64,000 nt of DNA from Patescibacteria group bacterium. Lineage in GTDB: Bacteria > Patescibacteriota > Minisyncoccia > Phycocordibacterales > Phycocordibacteraceae. Below are positions 8,734 through 19,352 of the stretch, piece after piece. The notes under the pieces are model-generated. The model was not told the origin of the DNA. It saw nothing but the letters and a program-made list of their open reading frames with translations, and searched no databases. Each line of letters begins with the position of its first letter. Positions within the stretch are counted from its first letter, which is position 1. The stretch spans positions 307,026-371,025 of the forward strand of contig JAZJYZ010000001.1 in NCBI GenBank assembly GCA_040390125.1. The letters run 5' to 3'. A program made the translations under genes and the position numbers.

Positions 8734-9147
8734 ATGGACATCACTATTAACTATTTTTCACTTTTTGTTGCAGCGTTTGTTGCCGTAGGCCTTGGTGTAG
8801 TTTGGTATTCGCCGTTTGTGTTTGGCAAGCAGTGGATGGCAGCCTCTGGTGTTTCTCCGGAAAAAATGGAGGAAGGGAAGAAGCGAATGCCACTCGGCAT
8901 TGTTGGTGGATTTATTTGCCAACTTGTTACTGCGTACGTGCTCGTGCATTTTGCTTCTTTGTTTGGCGTCGTAAAAATATCCGAAGCGCTTGCGCTTGCT
9001 TTCTGGGCGTGGCTTGGGTTTAGTGCAGCTACGTCACTCCATGCAGTTTTTTGGGAAGGAAAGCCTGCAGTCTACTGGGCAATAAATGCCGGGTACCAAC
9101 TCGCATCCTTCGGAGCTATGTCTTTGATTCTTATGTTATGGCGCTAG
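8734..9147 (+). CDS. DUF1761 membrane protein
   Basis: WYSPFVFGKQW, INAGYQL. Confidence 0.85.
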   Translation: MDITINYFSLFVAAFVAVGLGVVWYSPFVFGKQWMAASGVSPEKMEEGKKRMPLGIVGGFICQLVTAYVLVHFASLFGVVKISEALALAFWAWLGFSAATSLHAVFWEGKPAVYWAINAGYQLASFGAMSLILMLWR

Positions 9148-9186
9148 CTGTCCCTAAGCACCGCATGTACTCTATTTATATATAGA

Positions 9187-9218
9187 GAAATATCCGCAGT
9201 TTTCACTGCGGATATTTC
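9187..9218. terminator. Terminator hairpin between DUF1761 and rnpB
   Basis: gaaatatccgcagt/actgcggatatttc inverted repeat. Confidence 0.65.
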
Positions 9219-9231
9219 ATCTGTGATACGT

Positions 9232-9572
9232 TTGCGCCGATAAGCCGAATTCTGTTGCACCGAGTTGGTGCAGACAATCATTTATCTGGGACGTACATTG
9301 CTGTACGACTCGAGCGGCACTCCTTGCTTTCGCAAGGCACGGCCTTGCACTCTGGTACGCATTTAGCCGTTGCACCCCTACCTTACGGCAGGGCTCACCC
9401 TGAATGAAATCATTCAGGGGCCATTGGCTTTCGCCTCCGGCGTTTCTGTTCGCAGCACTCACTCCTCGTATCAAGGAGTGTGCGGGCGTTACCCGCTACC
9501 ATTGTTTCCGCCTTGCGACGGATGAGTGTTCGGACTTTCCTCCCTTTTTAAAGAGCGATTGTCTGGCGCTTT
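9232..9572 (-). ncRNA. rnpB: RNase P RNA (ends approximate)
   Basis: Minus strand carries GAGGAAAGTCCG near the 5' end and ACAGAATTCGGCTTA near the 3' end; terminal P1 pairing gcgcc/ggcgc. Confidence 0.93.
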
Positions 9573-9797
9573 CCGCATTGTACAATATTTTTGCTATTAG
9601 TGCAATAAAAAATTGTTTTACTTAAAGATGGCAAGGCGATGCCTCGCCATTCAAGTGCCTTTTTGCTTTTTTAGATTCTTCTAATGGAGGAGTATAGGTT
9701 TTAATCCAAAATCTATAACTCATAACCTAAAAGCTATACGCTAGTTTATGGTACACTTTTCTCATACTTATTTATCATAAAGTTTATATTAGAACGT

Positions 9798-12128
9798 ATG
9801 CAGGATTCTACGAACCATGTCAGTCACACTCCTTCAATACTTGGCAGACTTTCAGGATACATTGTCACCGCTCTTGTGTTGTTATTGCCGATTTTCTTCA
9901 TTCCTAATGCTGCATTTCCGTTTCAGTTCTCGAAAGTCGCACTTGCGCTAGCAGTGGTTGTTGTACTCTGGTTCCTTTTTTCGATACAAACACTTCGAAA
10001 AGGTGTTTTGTCGTTTACGTGGGTCCACTTCATACTGGCACTTTTAATTTTACCGGTTGCCTATTTTGTTGCATCCATTTTTTCTCCCGTTCCGACAGTC
10101 TCTTTCTTTGGCTATCAACTTGATCAGGATACGTTTGGCTTCATGGCTCTTGCCAGCGCTCTTTCAATTGCAACAGTGCTTGCAGTCAGATCAGAAAAAC
10201 AAATTTTTTCGGCATTGTTTGGATTCTTAATTGCAGGATGGGCGGTCTTAGTATTTCAGTCGATTCAGCTCTTTTTCGGAGTTCCTTTATTGCCAGGTTT
10301 GTTTACCTCTTCAGCTGTTAATACCGTTGGTACGTGGAGTGATTTTGCGCTTTTCATAGCGCTTCTCTCATCACTCATTTTGCTCGCACTAGAGGCGTTG
10401 GTACTTTCGGTGCCTGCGCTTATCGTACTTTCAGTTACGCTCGCTCTGTCTTTGTTTGTGCTTGCGATTGCCAACTTTTCTCTCGCTTGGTATCTCCTTG
10501 GTGGTGTGGCGTTCGTGATGCTTCTGCTTACGTTTACACGTAATCGCAGTACGGCATCCGGTAGCACGCTCCGTGCCAGTGGTGTTGCAGCGTGTCTTAC
10601 TCTCGCAGTCGCTGTGTTTTTTGTGTTCTTCGGTTCAGGATTGAGTACGGCTCTCCAAGGCAATTTCAAGGTAGATTCTTTGGAAGTACGACCATCAGTA
10701 CAAGGGACACTCGGTGTTCTGGAACACGTGTATGAGAAGAATGCATTTTTAGGTTCCGGACCAAATACGTTTGCGCAGTCTTGGCTTGTTGCCCGTCAGC
10801 CAGCAATTGTAGCGACGCAGTTTTGGAATGTTGAATTTAACTCAGGATTCGGAGCTATTCCAACTGCGCTGATTACCGGAGGTATTCTTGTGGGTCTTGC
10901 GTGGTTGGTGTTTATCTGCTGGTTTTTGTACACAGCCACTCGAGCACTGCTTACGGTACCTGCTGGGGAAGATAGGTCCTATTTCCTGATAGCCGCAACC
11001 TCTCTTGCTTCAACATTCCTGATCATTGCTCATATATTTTATGTGCCAAGCCAAGGTCTCAGCTTGCTCTTATTCCTCTTCATAGGTCTCTTCGTTGCAT
11101 CTTTGAAAGGAAGTGCGCTTGCTCGTCCAGTACATGTTGTATTTTCGCAGAGTCCACGTCTCGGATTTCTCTCGGTTTTGGTGGTTGCAGTGACGTTGGT
11201 GTTCTCTCTGGTAGCTGCATACGGCACTGGCGCAGTGTACGCAAGTGTTCTACAAGAAGGGCAGACAATTGCTCGCTCGAACGCAGGTGACATCGATGGT
11301 GCGATAGCTTCGGCAGTTTCCGCAGTAACTCTTTCTCCTCAAGATCGTTATTATCGTATGCTTACTTCACTTGCCCTCGCTAAGTTAAATGCACTAGTAG
11401 AGAAGGGTGGCTCTGATAAGGCAACGCAAGATGCGTTCCAGGCAGGCTTGTCGGATGCGGTTACTGCCAGCACTGCAGCCGTGAATGCAAATCCGCTGAG
11501 TTTTTCTAACTGGATGTCACGAGCATCTGTGTATGAGGCAGTCGTTCCGCTTGGTATTGATGGCGCAGAGGATAAGGCGATAGAAGCTCTTGAGGAGGCA
11601 CGGAAACGCAACCCAGGAGGTCCCGAAGTTGATTATCACCTCGCAAGCTTGAAGGCTTTCAAGAAGGACACCGCAGGTGCACGGACCTTTGCGCTTGCAG
11701 CAGTTGCAAAGAAGGCCGATTACACCCCAGCAATTCTGTTGTTGGCACAGCTTTCGCTCAATGAAGGAAAGATTGAAGATGCTATTGCTTCAGTCAAGGC
11801 GGCGATTGTATTTACTCCTCAGGATTCTTCTTTGCTCTATCAACTTGGGCTTTTACAGCTCGAAGCAAAACACTATGAAGATGCCGCCTCCTCGTTTATG
11901 TCTGCGCTCGCCATTACCCCAGACTTTGCGAACGCAACGTTTTTCTTAGGGCAAGCTGATGTGCTCTTGGGTAAAACTGACGCGGCGCTCACTCTATTCA
12001 AAGGCTTGCAAGAAAAGAATCCCGATAACGCACCTCTGCGTCAGGTCATAGATGCACTCGAGAAAGGTGAGAATCCTTTTGAGGGCGGGACCGTTACACC
12101 AGCTGAACAAACTCCAGCCAGCACATAA
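9798..12128 (+). CDS. Polytopic membrane protein (O-antigen-ligase-like) with C-terminal TPR repeats
   Basis: Many TM segments, LGSGPNTF motif, TPR-like helices. Confidence 0.75.
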   Translation: MQDSTNHVSHTPSILGRLSGYIVTALVLLLPIFFIPNAAFPFQFSKVALALAVVVVLWFLFSIQTLRKGVLSFTWVHFILALLILPVAYFVASIFSPVPTVSFFGYQLDQDTFGFMALASALSIATVLAVRSEKQIFSALFGFLIAGWAVLVFQSIQLFFGVPLLPGLFTSSAVNTVGTWSDFALFIALLSSLILLALEALVLSVPALIVLSVTLALSLFVLAIANFSLAWYLLGGVAFVMLLLTFTRNRSTASGSTLRASGVAACLTLAVAVFFVFFGSGLSTALQGNFKVDSLEVRPSVQGTLGVLEHVYEKNAFLGSGPNTFAQSWLVARQPAIVATQFWNVEFNSGFGAIPTALITGGILVGLAWLVFICWFLYTATRALLTVPAGEDRSYFLIAATSLASTFLIIAHIFYVPSQGLSLLLFLFIGLFVASLKGSALARPVHVVFSQSPRLGFLSVLVVAVTLVFSLVAAYGTGAVYASVLQEGQTIARSNAGDIDGAIASAVSAVTLSPQDRYYRMLTSLALAKLNALVEKGGSDKATQDAFQAGLSDAVTASTAAVNANPLSFSNWMSRASVYEAVVPLGIDGAEDKAIEALEEARKRNPGGPEVDYHLASLKAFKKDTAGARTFALAAVAKKADYTPAILLLAQLSLNEGKIEDAIASVKAAIVFTPQDSSLLYQLGLLQLEAKHYEDAASSFMSALAITPDFANATFFLGQADVLLGKTDAALTLFKGLQEKNPDNAPLRQVIDALEKGENPFEGGTVTPAEQTPAST

Positions 12129-12152
12129 GTCTGGAAGGGAACGGGTTTATCT

Positions 12153-13799
12153 ATGGTGCGCACTGTCCTCGGGGTGATGACCCGGCCAATTCGAGGCCTT
12201 CATGAAGCAGCGTATGTGCTTGCGGGTTTTTCTATACTCTCGCAGGTATTGGCACTCGTGCGAGATCGGACGTTTGCACATCTTTTTGGTGCAGGCCCCA
12301 CCTTAGATGCATATTTTGCGGCATTCAGGATTCCGGATCTTCTGTTTGCTTTCTTAACGCTTTTTGTTTCGTCCTTTGCTTTGGTGCCGCTTCTCTCAGG
12401 AAAGGATAAAGATGCTCAAGGAGTCATTGTGGGGAATGTTCTGCTTGCGTTTGGTGTAAGTGCGATTGTGGTGTGTGGCATTCTTTTCTTTGCGATGCCT
12501 ACAATCGTACCGTTTCTTTTTCCGGGGTTTCCTCCGGAGACTCTTGCAAGTACGATACTTCTTTCCCGCATCATGCTGGTTCAGCCGGTGCTATTGGGTC
12601 TTTCCTCAATAGCCACATCTGTAGTGCAGGTCCTCAGACAGTTCATCATATTTGCGCTTGCCCCGATTCTTTACAACGTCGGTATTATTGCGGGGGCACT
12701 CTTCCTATATCCGCAGTTCGGCATTACAGGTCTTGCGTGGGGCGTGGCACTTGGTGCGCTTTTGCATGTGTCTGCACAAATTATCCCGATACTCGGGCAC
12801 GCCAGGCACATCGTGCGCCCCTCATGGAATTCACTCCGTGCGTCTATTGTTGAAGTTGCCCTGCCTTCGATGCCCCGTGCGCTTGCACTTTCATCTCAGC
12901 AGGTATTGCTGTTAGTGTTTGCTTCGATTGCATCATTAACCGCAGCGGGTACCGTTTCAACACTTGCTTTTGCGTTTAATTTGCAATCAGTCCCGCTTAC
13001 CATCATTGGTGTTTCTTATGCTGCTGCAATTTTCCCAGCACTCTCCGCATTAATAGCAAAAGGCAATACGGAGCTTTTTATGCGAGAGGTATGGGCAGGC
13101 GTTCGACATATCGTCTTTTGGACATTCCCCGCCATTACGCTCATCATTGTTCTCCGTGCGCATATCGTGCGCATTATTCTTGGCACTGGAGCATTTTCAT
13201 GGGATGACACGAGGCTCACCGCTGCTGTGCTTGCGTGTTTTGCGTTTTCTCTGATCGCACAATCAGTTATACTCATATTTTCTCGGAGTTACTACGCTGC
13301 ACACTCGACCCTTGTTCCTATTGTGGTAAACGTAGGAGGCGCTATTGTTGCAGGTGCGGGTGCCTATATCGCTGTGGTGTGGCTTGCTTCAGCAGAAATG
13401 CCACGATTTTTTATTGAAGATCTCTTTCGGGTAGCAGATGTGCCAGGAACTGCCATCCTCATGATTCCTATTGTCTATTCTCTTGTAATGCTTATGGTTG
13501 CGTGCACTTTCGGCTATCTCTTCGCACGTCGTTTTGGCTTCGAGGCACGGGTGTGGCATACACTCGGCACATCTTTTGCAGCATCAGTGATAGCAGCCAC
13601 GGGTGCATACGGAGTGTTGCAGTTTTCGGCTCCGCTATTGCCGACGACTACATTCTTCGGTATCTTCACTCAAGGACTGAGTGCTGGCATTGTTGGAGGT
13701 CTCTTGTGGCTTCTTGTCCTTTTCGTTCTCAAAAGTCAGGAACTAAAGGAGATACATGGAGCGCTACTCCATTTCTTCAAGAAAGGATTGAAAGCGTAA
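12153..13799 (+). CDS. murJ: Lipid II flippase MurJ
   Basis: LVRDRTFAHLFGAG..LDAYFAAFRIPD. Confidence 0.9.
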   Translation: MVRTVLGVMTRPIRGLHEAAYVLAGFSILSQVLALVRDRTFAHLFGAGPTLDAYFAAFRIPDLLFAFLTLFVSSFALVPLLSGKDKDAQGVIVGNVLLAFGVSAIVVCGILFFAMPTIVPFLFPGFPPETLASTILLSRIMLVQPVLLGLSSIATSVVQVLRQFIIFALAPILYNVGIIAGALFLYPQFGITGLAWGVALGALLHVSAQIIPILGHARHIVRPSWNSLRASIVEVALPSMPRALALSSQQVLLLVFASIASLTAAGTVSTLAFAFNLQSVPLTIIGVSYAAAIFPALSALIAKGNTELFMREVWAGVRHIVFWTFPAITLIIVLRAHIVRIILGTGAFSWDDTRLTAAVLACFAFSLIAQSVILIFSRSYYAAHSTLVPIVVNVGGAIVAGAGAYIAVVWLASAEMPRFFIEDLFRVADVPGTAILMIPIVYSLVMLMVACTFGYLFARRFGFEARVWHTLGTSFAASVIAATGAYGVLQFSAPLLPTTTFFGIFTQGLSAGIVGGLLWLLVLFVLKSQELKEIHGALLHFFKKGLKA

Positions 13800-13845
13800 T
13801 GTCTCACGTTTCTCGCACACACTCTATACTTCAGAGCATTGCTTT

Positions 13846-15735
13846 ATGAAAAACATTCGTAACTTTTCTATCATTGCACATATTGATCATGGTAAAAGCA
13901 CCTTAGCTGATCGCATGCTTGAGGTTACTAATACCGTGCCCCAACGCAAGATGCGTGAGCAGGTTTTGGACCAAATGGATTTGGAGCGAGAACGTGGCAT
14001 TACTATAAAAATGCAACCTGTGAGGATGGAGTACCATCCAGAGCGTAGAGGGCAGAGCGTAGAGGGTAGAGGGGATTCAGACCTCCCTGAAAGCTCAAAG
14101 CTCAAAGCTGAAAGCTCAGATTCAAAATATATTTTGAATCTGATCGACACTCCTGGACATATAGATTTTGCATACGAAGTATCTCGTGCCCTTACTGCCG
14201 TTGAGGGAGTGCTCTTGTTAGTGGATTCGACACAAGGTATTCAGGCGCAAACGTTGGCGACCCTCGCAATGGCACGGGATGCTGGGTGCGTCATCATTCC
14301 TGTGTTGTCGAAAATCGATATGCCGGCGTCCAGAGTGCCAGAAGTTCGCTCTGCCCTTGCACGTCTGCTTGATGTTGATGAGGAACAGGTATTGTCAGTA
14401 TCTGGAAAAACTGGAGAAGGAGTGTCTGAATTGCTCGCCGCTATTGTGGAGCGAATACCGCCTCCGTCTACTTCTTATCAGGCCACAGGTCAGGGCGGGC
14501 GGGCACTTGTATTTGATTTTTCATATTCGGAACATCGAGGGGTTGTAGCGTATGTGCGTGTGACTGATGGTGAAGTTAGGACTAAAGACACAATTTCTTT
14601 CATGGCAGTTGGAAAAAAGATGACTGCTCTTGAGACTGGGTGGTTAGTGCCGGCTGAGTTTCCGATTCCTGCGCTTTCTGCAGGGGATATAGGATATATA
14701 GTGACCGGCATAAAGGAGCCTGGAGTTGCGCTCGTTGGCGATACTATAAAAGCAGGAAACTCCACCTTGCCCGCCTTTGAGGGCTACAGTACCCCTAAGG
14801 CGGTGGTGTGGGCTTCTTTGTACCCTGACAGCCAAGATGGCTTTACGCTTCTAAAGCAGGCACTCTCCAGGCTTAAGCTCTCAGACGCTGCACTTTCATT
14901 TGAGGAGGATGGTTCTTCTATTCTTGGTAAAGGCTTTCGGTGCGGTTTCTTGGGAATGCTTCATATGGAAATCGTGACTGAGCGTCTGACTCGAGAATTT
15001 TCAATTACACCCGTCATCACTACGCCGTCCATTATGTATGAAGTGACAGATACAAAAGGGAAGACAGAACAAATATATACGCCAACACAATTTCCTCCAC
15101 ACGGAATGATCGCATCCGTTCGGGAGCAGTGGGTAAACATATCCATCATCACTCCTCCAACGTATCTCTCACCCATGACACAACTTTTGTATGAGTATGA
15201 GGCGACGATACATTCAGCTGACCTTTTTGGTTTGTCGGGGTATGGAGACGACAGGCTTCTTATTAAAGCTGAAATGCCACTTCGTGAATTGATGCGAGGA
15301 TTTTTCGACCGATTGAAAAGTGTGTCTTCAGGTTTTGCCTCACTCTCCTATGAGTTTGGCGACTTCCGTTCTGCCGATGTTGCAAGGCTCGATATTTTAG
15401 TGGCCGAAGAATTAGTGCCGGCGTTCTCACGTATTGTATCGACGCGTCGAGTTGAAGAGGAGGCACGAGCGTTTGTTGAAAAACTCTCAAACACCCTTCC
15501 ACGTCAGCAATTTGTTTTGAAAATACAAGCGCAAGCCGGAGGACGCATTATTGCCTCACGTTCACTTTCGGCGATACGTAAAGATGTGACGAGTGGTTTG
15601 TATGGAGGCGATGTTTCGAGAAAGAAAAAAGTGCTTGAAAAGCAGAAGAGAGGAAAAGAACGTCGAGGAGGACACGCCAAGGTGCAAATTCCCCCGGAGG
15701 TTTTTCTCAGGATGGTAAAACCGGACTCGAATTAG
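13846..15735 (+). CDS. lepA: Elongation factor 4, with a repeat-derived in-frame insert
   Basis: RNFSIIAHIDHGKSTLADR, LNLIDTPGH, GFRCGFLGMLH, LYGGD. Confidence 0.97.
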   Translation: MKNIRNFSIIAHIDHGKSTLADRMLEVTNTVPQRKMREQVLDQMDLERERGITIKMQPVRMEYHPERRGQSVEGRGDSDLPESSKLKAESSDSKYILNLIDTPGHIDFAYEVSRALTAVEGVLLLVDSTQGIQAQTLATLAMARDAGCVIIPVLSKIDMPASRVPEVRSALARLLDVDEEQVLSVSGKTGEGVSELLAAIVERIPPPSTSYQATGQGGRALVFDFSYSEHRGVVAYVRVTDGEVRTKDTISFMAVGKKMTALETGWLVPAEFPIPALSAGDIGYIVTGIKEPGVALVGDTIKAGNSTLPAFEGYSTPKAVVWASLYPDSQDGFTLLKQALSRLKLSDAALSFEEDGSSILGKGFRCGFLGMLHMEIVTERLTREFSITPVITTPSIMYEVTDTKGKTEQIYTPTQFPPHGMIASVREQWVNISIITPPTYLSPMTQLLYEYEATIHSADLFGLSGYGDDRLLIKAEMPLRELMRGFFDRLKSVSSGFASLSYEFGDFRSADVARLDILVAEELVPAFSRIVSTRRVEEEARAFVEKLSNTLPRQQFVLKIQAQAGGRIIASRSLSAIRKDVTSGLYGGDVSRKKKVLEKQKRGKERRGGHAKVQIPPEVFLRMVKPDSN

Positions 15736-15815
15736 TTTAGAGTTCCTAGTTCCTAGTTTTTCAATCAACTCTGGACTCTAAACTCAGTACTCTGAACTAA
15801 TTTCAGTACTCTGGA

Positions 15816-15923
15816 CTAATTAAAGACTGGGAAATAGAGCAAAATCATGCTCGCAATAACCAAGACCGCCACTACGCTCCACACTATTTGGACCTTCCCT
15901 TTGTGTTTTTTATCGAACAACAT
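15816..15923 (-). CDS. Small single-TM protein, 35 aa (MLFDKKHKGKVQIVWSVVAVLVIASMILLYFPVFN)
   Basis: Hand-translated; basic N-terminus followed by a TM segment. Confidence 0.55.
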   Translation of the reverse strand: MLFDKKHKGKVQIVWSVVAVLVIASMILLYFPVFN

Positions 15924-16024
15924 AGAGGCAGTATACAATACAGAAGCTTATAGGTTCCAGCTGTCAGGTTCCAGCTTTTAATTTCAAGCTGAAAGCCGGC
16001 AGCTGAAAGCTAGAAGCTCTCTCA

Positions 16025-16399
16025 ATGACTCCCAAACAATGGAAACGACTGTTCGCCCGAATCATACTCTGGGCAGGACTCTCAATAGGAGTCGTACTTC
16101 TGGTGTTTCTTGCACTGGCAACGTGGCGTATATATGGCAAAGAACGTGAAGCTAGTTTTCAGCATAAAGATGCCGTGCAGGCTCTCTCGGAGCTCGGAGA
16201 GCGTAAGGTAGCGTTGACTGAGGATTTAAAAAATCTCGAAACCTCACGTGGCATCGAAGAGGAGGTGCGGAAACGCTACCCCGTGGCAAAACCGGGGGAA
16301 GAAGAGATACGTCTTATTTCTCCAAAGTCAGCTCCAAAAGCAACAAGCACCCCCACTGAAGCTTTTTGGAAAGGGTTTTTTGGTTGGTTTCATTGGTGA
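16025..16399 (+). CDS. Septum formation initiator (FtsB/DivIC-like)
   Basis: TM, coiled coil, GIEEEVRKRYPVAKPGEE. Confidence 0.75.
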   Translation: MTPKQWKRLFARIILWAGLSIGVVLLVFLALATWRIYGKEREASFQHKDAVQALSELGERKVALTEDLKNLETSRGIEEEVRKRYPVAKPGEEEIRLISPKSAPKATSTPTEAFWKGFFGWFHW

Positions 16400-16455
16400 A
16401 AGCGTGTTGAGGTGGAAAGTTGACATAACTTAACAAAATATGTACAATATCAATC

Positions 16456-17859
16456 ATGGCAGAAAGGCATAGACCAACACCGGAAGAAGCTACAGAGCCA
16501 GATCTTGATTTTTCTGTGTTTTTAGAAGAGATGACCGCTCATTTTAGTACCTTTGAGAGCAGGGCAGCCGAAGTTGTTGCATCTCCTGAAGGAGCACCCC
16601 GCCTCAAAGCTGTAGAAGTGACGGCGGGTGAAATAGGTGGGGCAATGGATAAAGTGCAAAGTGGTGCAGGACAAGCCGAGCTTGATTGGGTTCTTGATCC
16701 CGCGAACTTTGCGGAAGCATCAGAGATGCTTCCGGGAGATTATTATTATTTCTTCCCGCACGCAACTGATGTGGGTGATAATCGGAGGGTTCCATATGTG
16801 CGCACTCGTGGCGCCTCGTTTGGAGGGAACTCCCTTCCTCGCTCCGACGAGTGGGGTGAGAATGACCGCATTGTCGTCTTCGATAAAGAAAGAAGTCCTG
16901 CGCAGAGTTCTTCTAAGAAATCATTCCTCTCGGCCGAGCGTGTTCGTCGGATTAAAGATTTTTTCCTAAAAAGAAAAGCAAAAAATGCATCAAAAGTTGA
17001 ATTTAAAGGCATACCACTCTCGCGGAGGAGACTTTTGCAGTTTGTTGCCCTTGGAGCAGCAAGTGCCGTCTCTAGGGATACGCCAGTTTTTTCTGAAAAC
17101 GGCCATTTTGGAGTACCACTAGAAGAGAAGCCTCCTACAGATCCTCACGAGCGAGTTCTTTTTGAGGTAGCTCGGGCTGAACGCCTTCTAAAAGCATCAG
17201 ATCCCCTCGAGATGCTCAAGAGTCCCTATCTGGTAAGTGCACTGTATTACTCGGATGAGTTCATAGCAAAGATCAAAGCAGAGGGAGCTGAGAATTCAGG
17301 GCAGACCATCATAACTACTCTTGCCTCACAAATAACTCCTTTAGTTCGAATGCGTTTTATTACTGCATTGGAAAAGAAAGCAAAGGCATCAGGCCATTCT
17401 TTATACCAACCGATGGTTACACCACTTGATGTCGCTCATCTCGATTATGGGAAAGGGGAAAATCATCCCAATGCCTTAGATATATTTGCTTCTGAAGGAA
17501 CGAAGGTCCGCTCTGTGTACCCTGGCATCGTAATCCTTGCGGAAGATGGGTGGAATAGCAAAGATTCATTCTCCACAAGTTCTTTCAAGGGTGGCAATGC
17601 TGTCATCGTGTTTAGTCCCTACCAGAATAGCTTTCTCCGCTATTGTCATCTTGATACAGTATCTGCGCATGTAGGAAAATTTATAGACGCAGGAACCATT
17701 ATCGGTACTGTAGGTAATACCGGCGAAAATGCATCTCTTCCAGGGCATGGCAAACACCTACACTTAGAAGAAAATCTCGTCTTTTCTGTGCGAGGTGAAA
17801 TGCATCCAAGGGGTGGAAAAGGGCTCCGCATGGACTTTGATGCGATTGAGGGCAAGTAA
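16456..17859 (+). CDS. M23 family peptidase with long N-terminal extension
   Basis: HPNALD (HxxxD), GGNAV, YCHL, VGNTG, HLH. Confidence 0.8.
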   Translation: MAERHRPTPEEATEPDLDFSVFLEEMTAHFSTFESRAAEVVASPEGAPRLKAVEVTAGEIGGAMDKVQSGAGQAELDWVLDPANFAEASEMLPGDYYYFFPHATDVGDNRRVPYVRTRGASFGGNSLPRSDEWGENDRIVVFDKERSPAQSSSKKSFLSAERVRRIKDFFLKRKAKNASKVEFKGIPLSRRRLLQFVALGAASAVSRDTPVFSENGHFGVPLEEKPPTDPHERVLFEVARAERLLKASDPLEMLKSPYLVSALYYSDEFIAKIKAEGAENSGQTIITTLASQITPLVRMRFITALEKKAKASGHSLYQPMVTPLDVAHLDYGKGENHPNALDIFASEGTKVRSVYPGIVILAEDGWNSKDSFSTSSFKGGNAVIVFSPYQNSFLRYCHLDTVSAHVGKFIDAGTIIGTVGNTGENASLPGHGKHLHLEENLVFSVRGEMHPRGGKGLRMDFDAIEGK

Positions 17860-17967
17860 GTCTCGTTCATAAGTTATTGTATCTTCACGTTTTTAAGCTC
17901 GCAGAATAGCTTTACTTTTTTGTTTTAGTATTGGACTATTAAGGCTTTCTTACTATAATTTTTTTAT

Positions 17968-19094
17968 ATGCCTCCACAAACATTGGATCAGCACTACCCC
18001 CTCAGTCCTCGGAAATTTTGGAAGAAAATGCTTGAGAAGTTCCCAGCGGGATTGCTGTTGCTTTTCATAACAGGAGTCCCTTCGATTCTTGGATTATTTG
18101 CACTCCGCTTAGATGCCACGATAGCAGACGTGTTGTTGCCCGCTATGGTTATCGCTGTTTTGGTGTCTTTGGTGCTTGTGTTTTTGTATGCGTGGTACGT
18201 CAAAGCGTATATTCGTCGGTATTACTACGATGCCAATGAGAACTTTGTAACAATCAAAAAAGTGTTTTTGCACCGGCTGAGATTCATGTACAGTATTCTA
18301 AAATCCAAGATGTATATGTTGATCAGGACATTCTTGACCGCATCATGGGTTTGTACGACGTGCATATTGCGAGTGCAACAGCTGCTTCTGCAATAGAAGC
18401 CCATATTGATGGTGTTGAAAAGGTCGCTGCGGATGGCCTCAAAGATCTTCTTCTTGGAAAAATTCAAGGTATAGGTACTTCAACCTCTACCGCACCAATT
18501 CAAGGAAATACGCCGCAGGCCCCTTCTGTCGTGCATCTTGCTGAGGATGTATCAAGCAAGACGTACCCCATAGTCGGGCGATGGTTGTTTTTGCAAGCAA
18601 TAGGTTCGTTGTTCTTTTCGCTCTTTGTAAGTGGAGCTATCCTCGTGTATCTCGTAATTCCCGGTGAGCACTCTGAGGCTTCTATTCTCACTAGTCTTGG
18701 CTTTACTGGGGGCGAAGTGTTTGTGGCGTGGTTTGTCCTATTTCTCTTCTTGTATGCTTTTTCTTTCGTGTATCAAATTCTCTGGAGGAACACCTTCTCT
18801 TTTGCGTTTTTGCCAGAATATATAGTGCTCAGGAAGGGTGTGATAGCGAGACAAGAAACACATCTTCCGTACCGTTCAGTGCAAGATGTAGCCGTTTCTC
18901 AAGGGATTATCGAGCGTATGTTTGGTCTTGCGACTGTTCGTATTGAAAACGCAGCTGCTCCTCAAATGATAGGGAAGACAGTGGTAAGCAGTGGCCTCAG
19001 AATCCCAGGTCAAGCTCTTCTGAAAGCGAATACACTGAGCGAGATAGTCAGAAATATAACGCTCACTAAAAATTCTTCACAGACCGGTTTATAA
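17968..19094 (+). pseudogene. Double bacterial-PH-domain membrane protein split by a 1-bp frameshift at about 18256-18262 (or a sequencing error)
   Basis: Frame switch restores TIKK(G)VFAPAEIHVQYSKIQDVYVDQDILDRIMGLYDV; second PH domain LRKGVIARQETHLPYRSVQDV. Confidence 0.75.
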
Positions 19095-19281
19095 TGGCTC
19101 TTTAGGCTTTAAAGGAGCCTATTTGCGGGATTAGTTTAGTGAAAGAAACATGAACTATTTCATGTTTCTTCCGATTCCGTTTCGGAAATAGCCGATGCCG
19201 TTAGGCAGGCTATAGGAGGGACGAACGGGTGCATCACCTGAATTACATAAGTAATTCTCTCCAAGGTACACTCGGAAAGTA

Positions 19282-19352
19282 GCGGGTATGGTTTAGTGGC
19301 AGAACATCTGCTTCCCAAGCAGAGGACCCGGGTTCGATTCCCGGTACCCGCA
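19282..19352 (+). tRNA. tRNA-Gly(CCC)
   Basis: GCGGGTA/TACCCGC acceptor, tctgc-TT-CCC-AA-gcaga, GGTTCGATTCC. Confidence 0.95.

Noticed and set aside
9217-9625. ORFs 9217..9474 and 9404..9625
   Set aside because: They overlap the RNase P RNA gene.
16740-16885. DGR variable region (C-type-lectin-like ending inside the M23 protein)
   Set aside because: No template repeat differing at adenines and no reverse transcriptase in the window.
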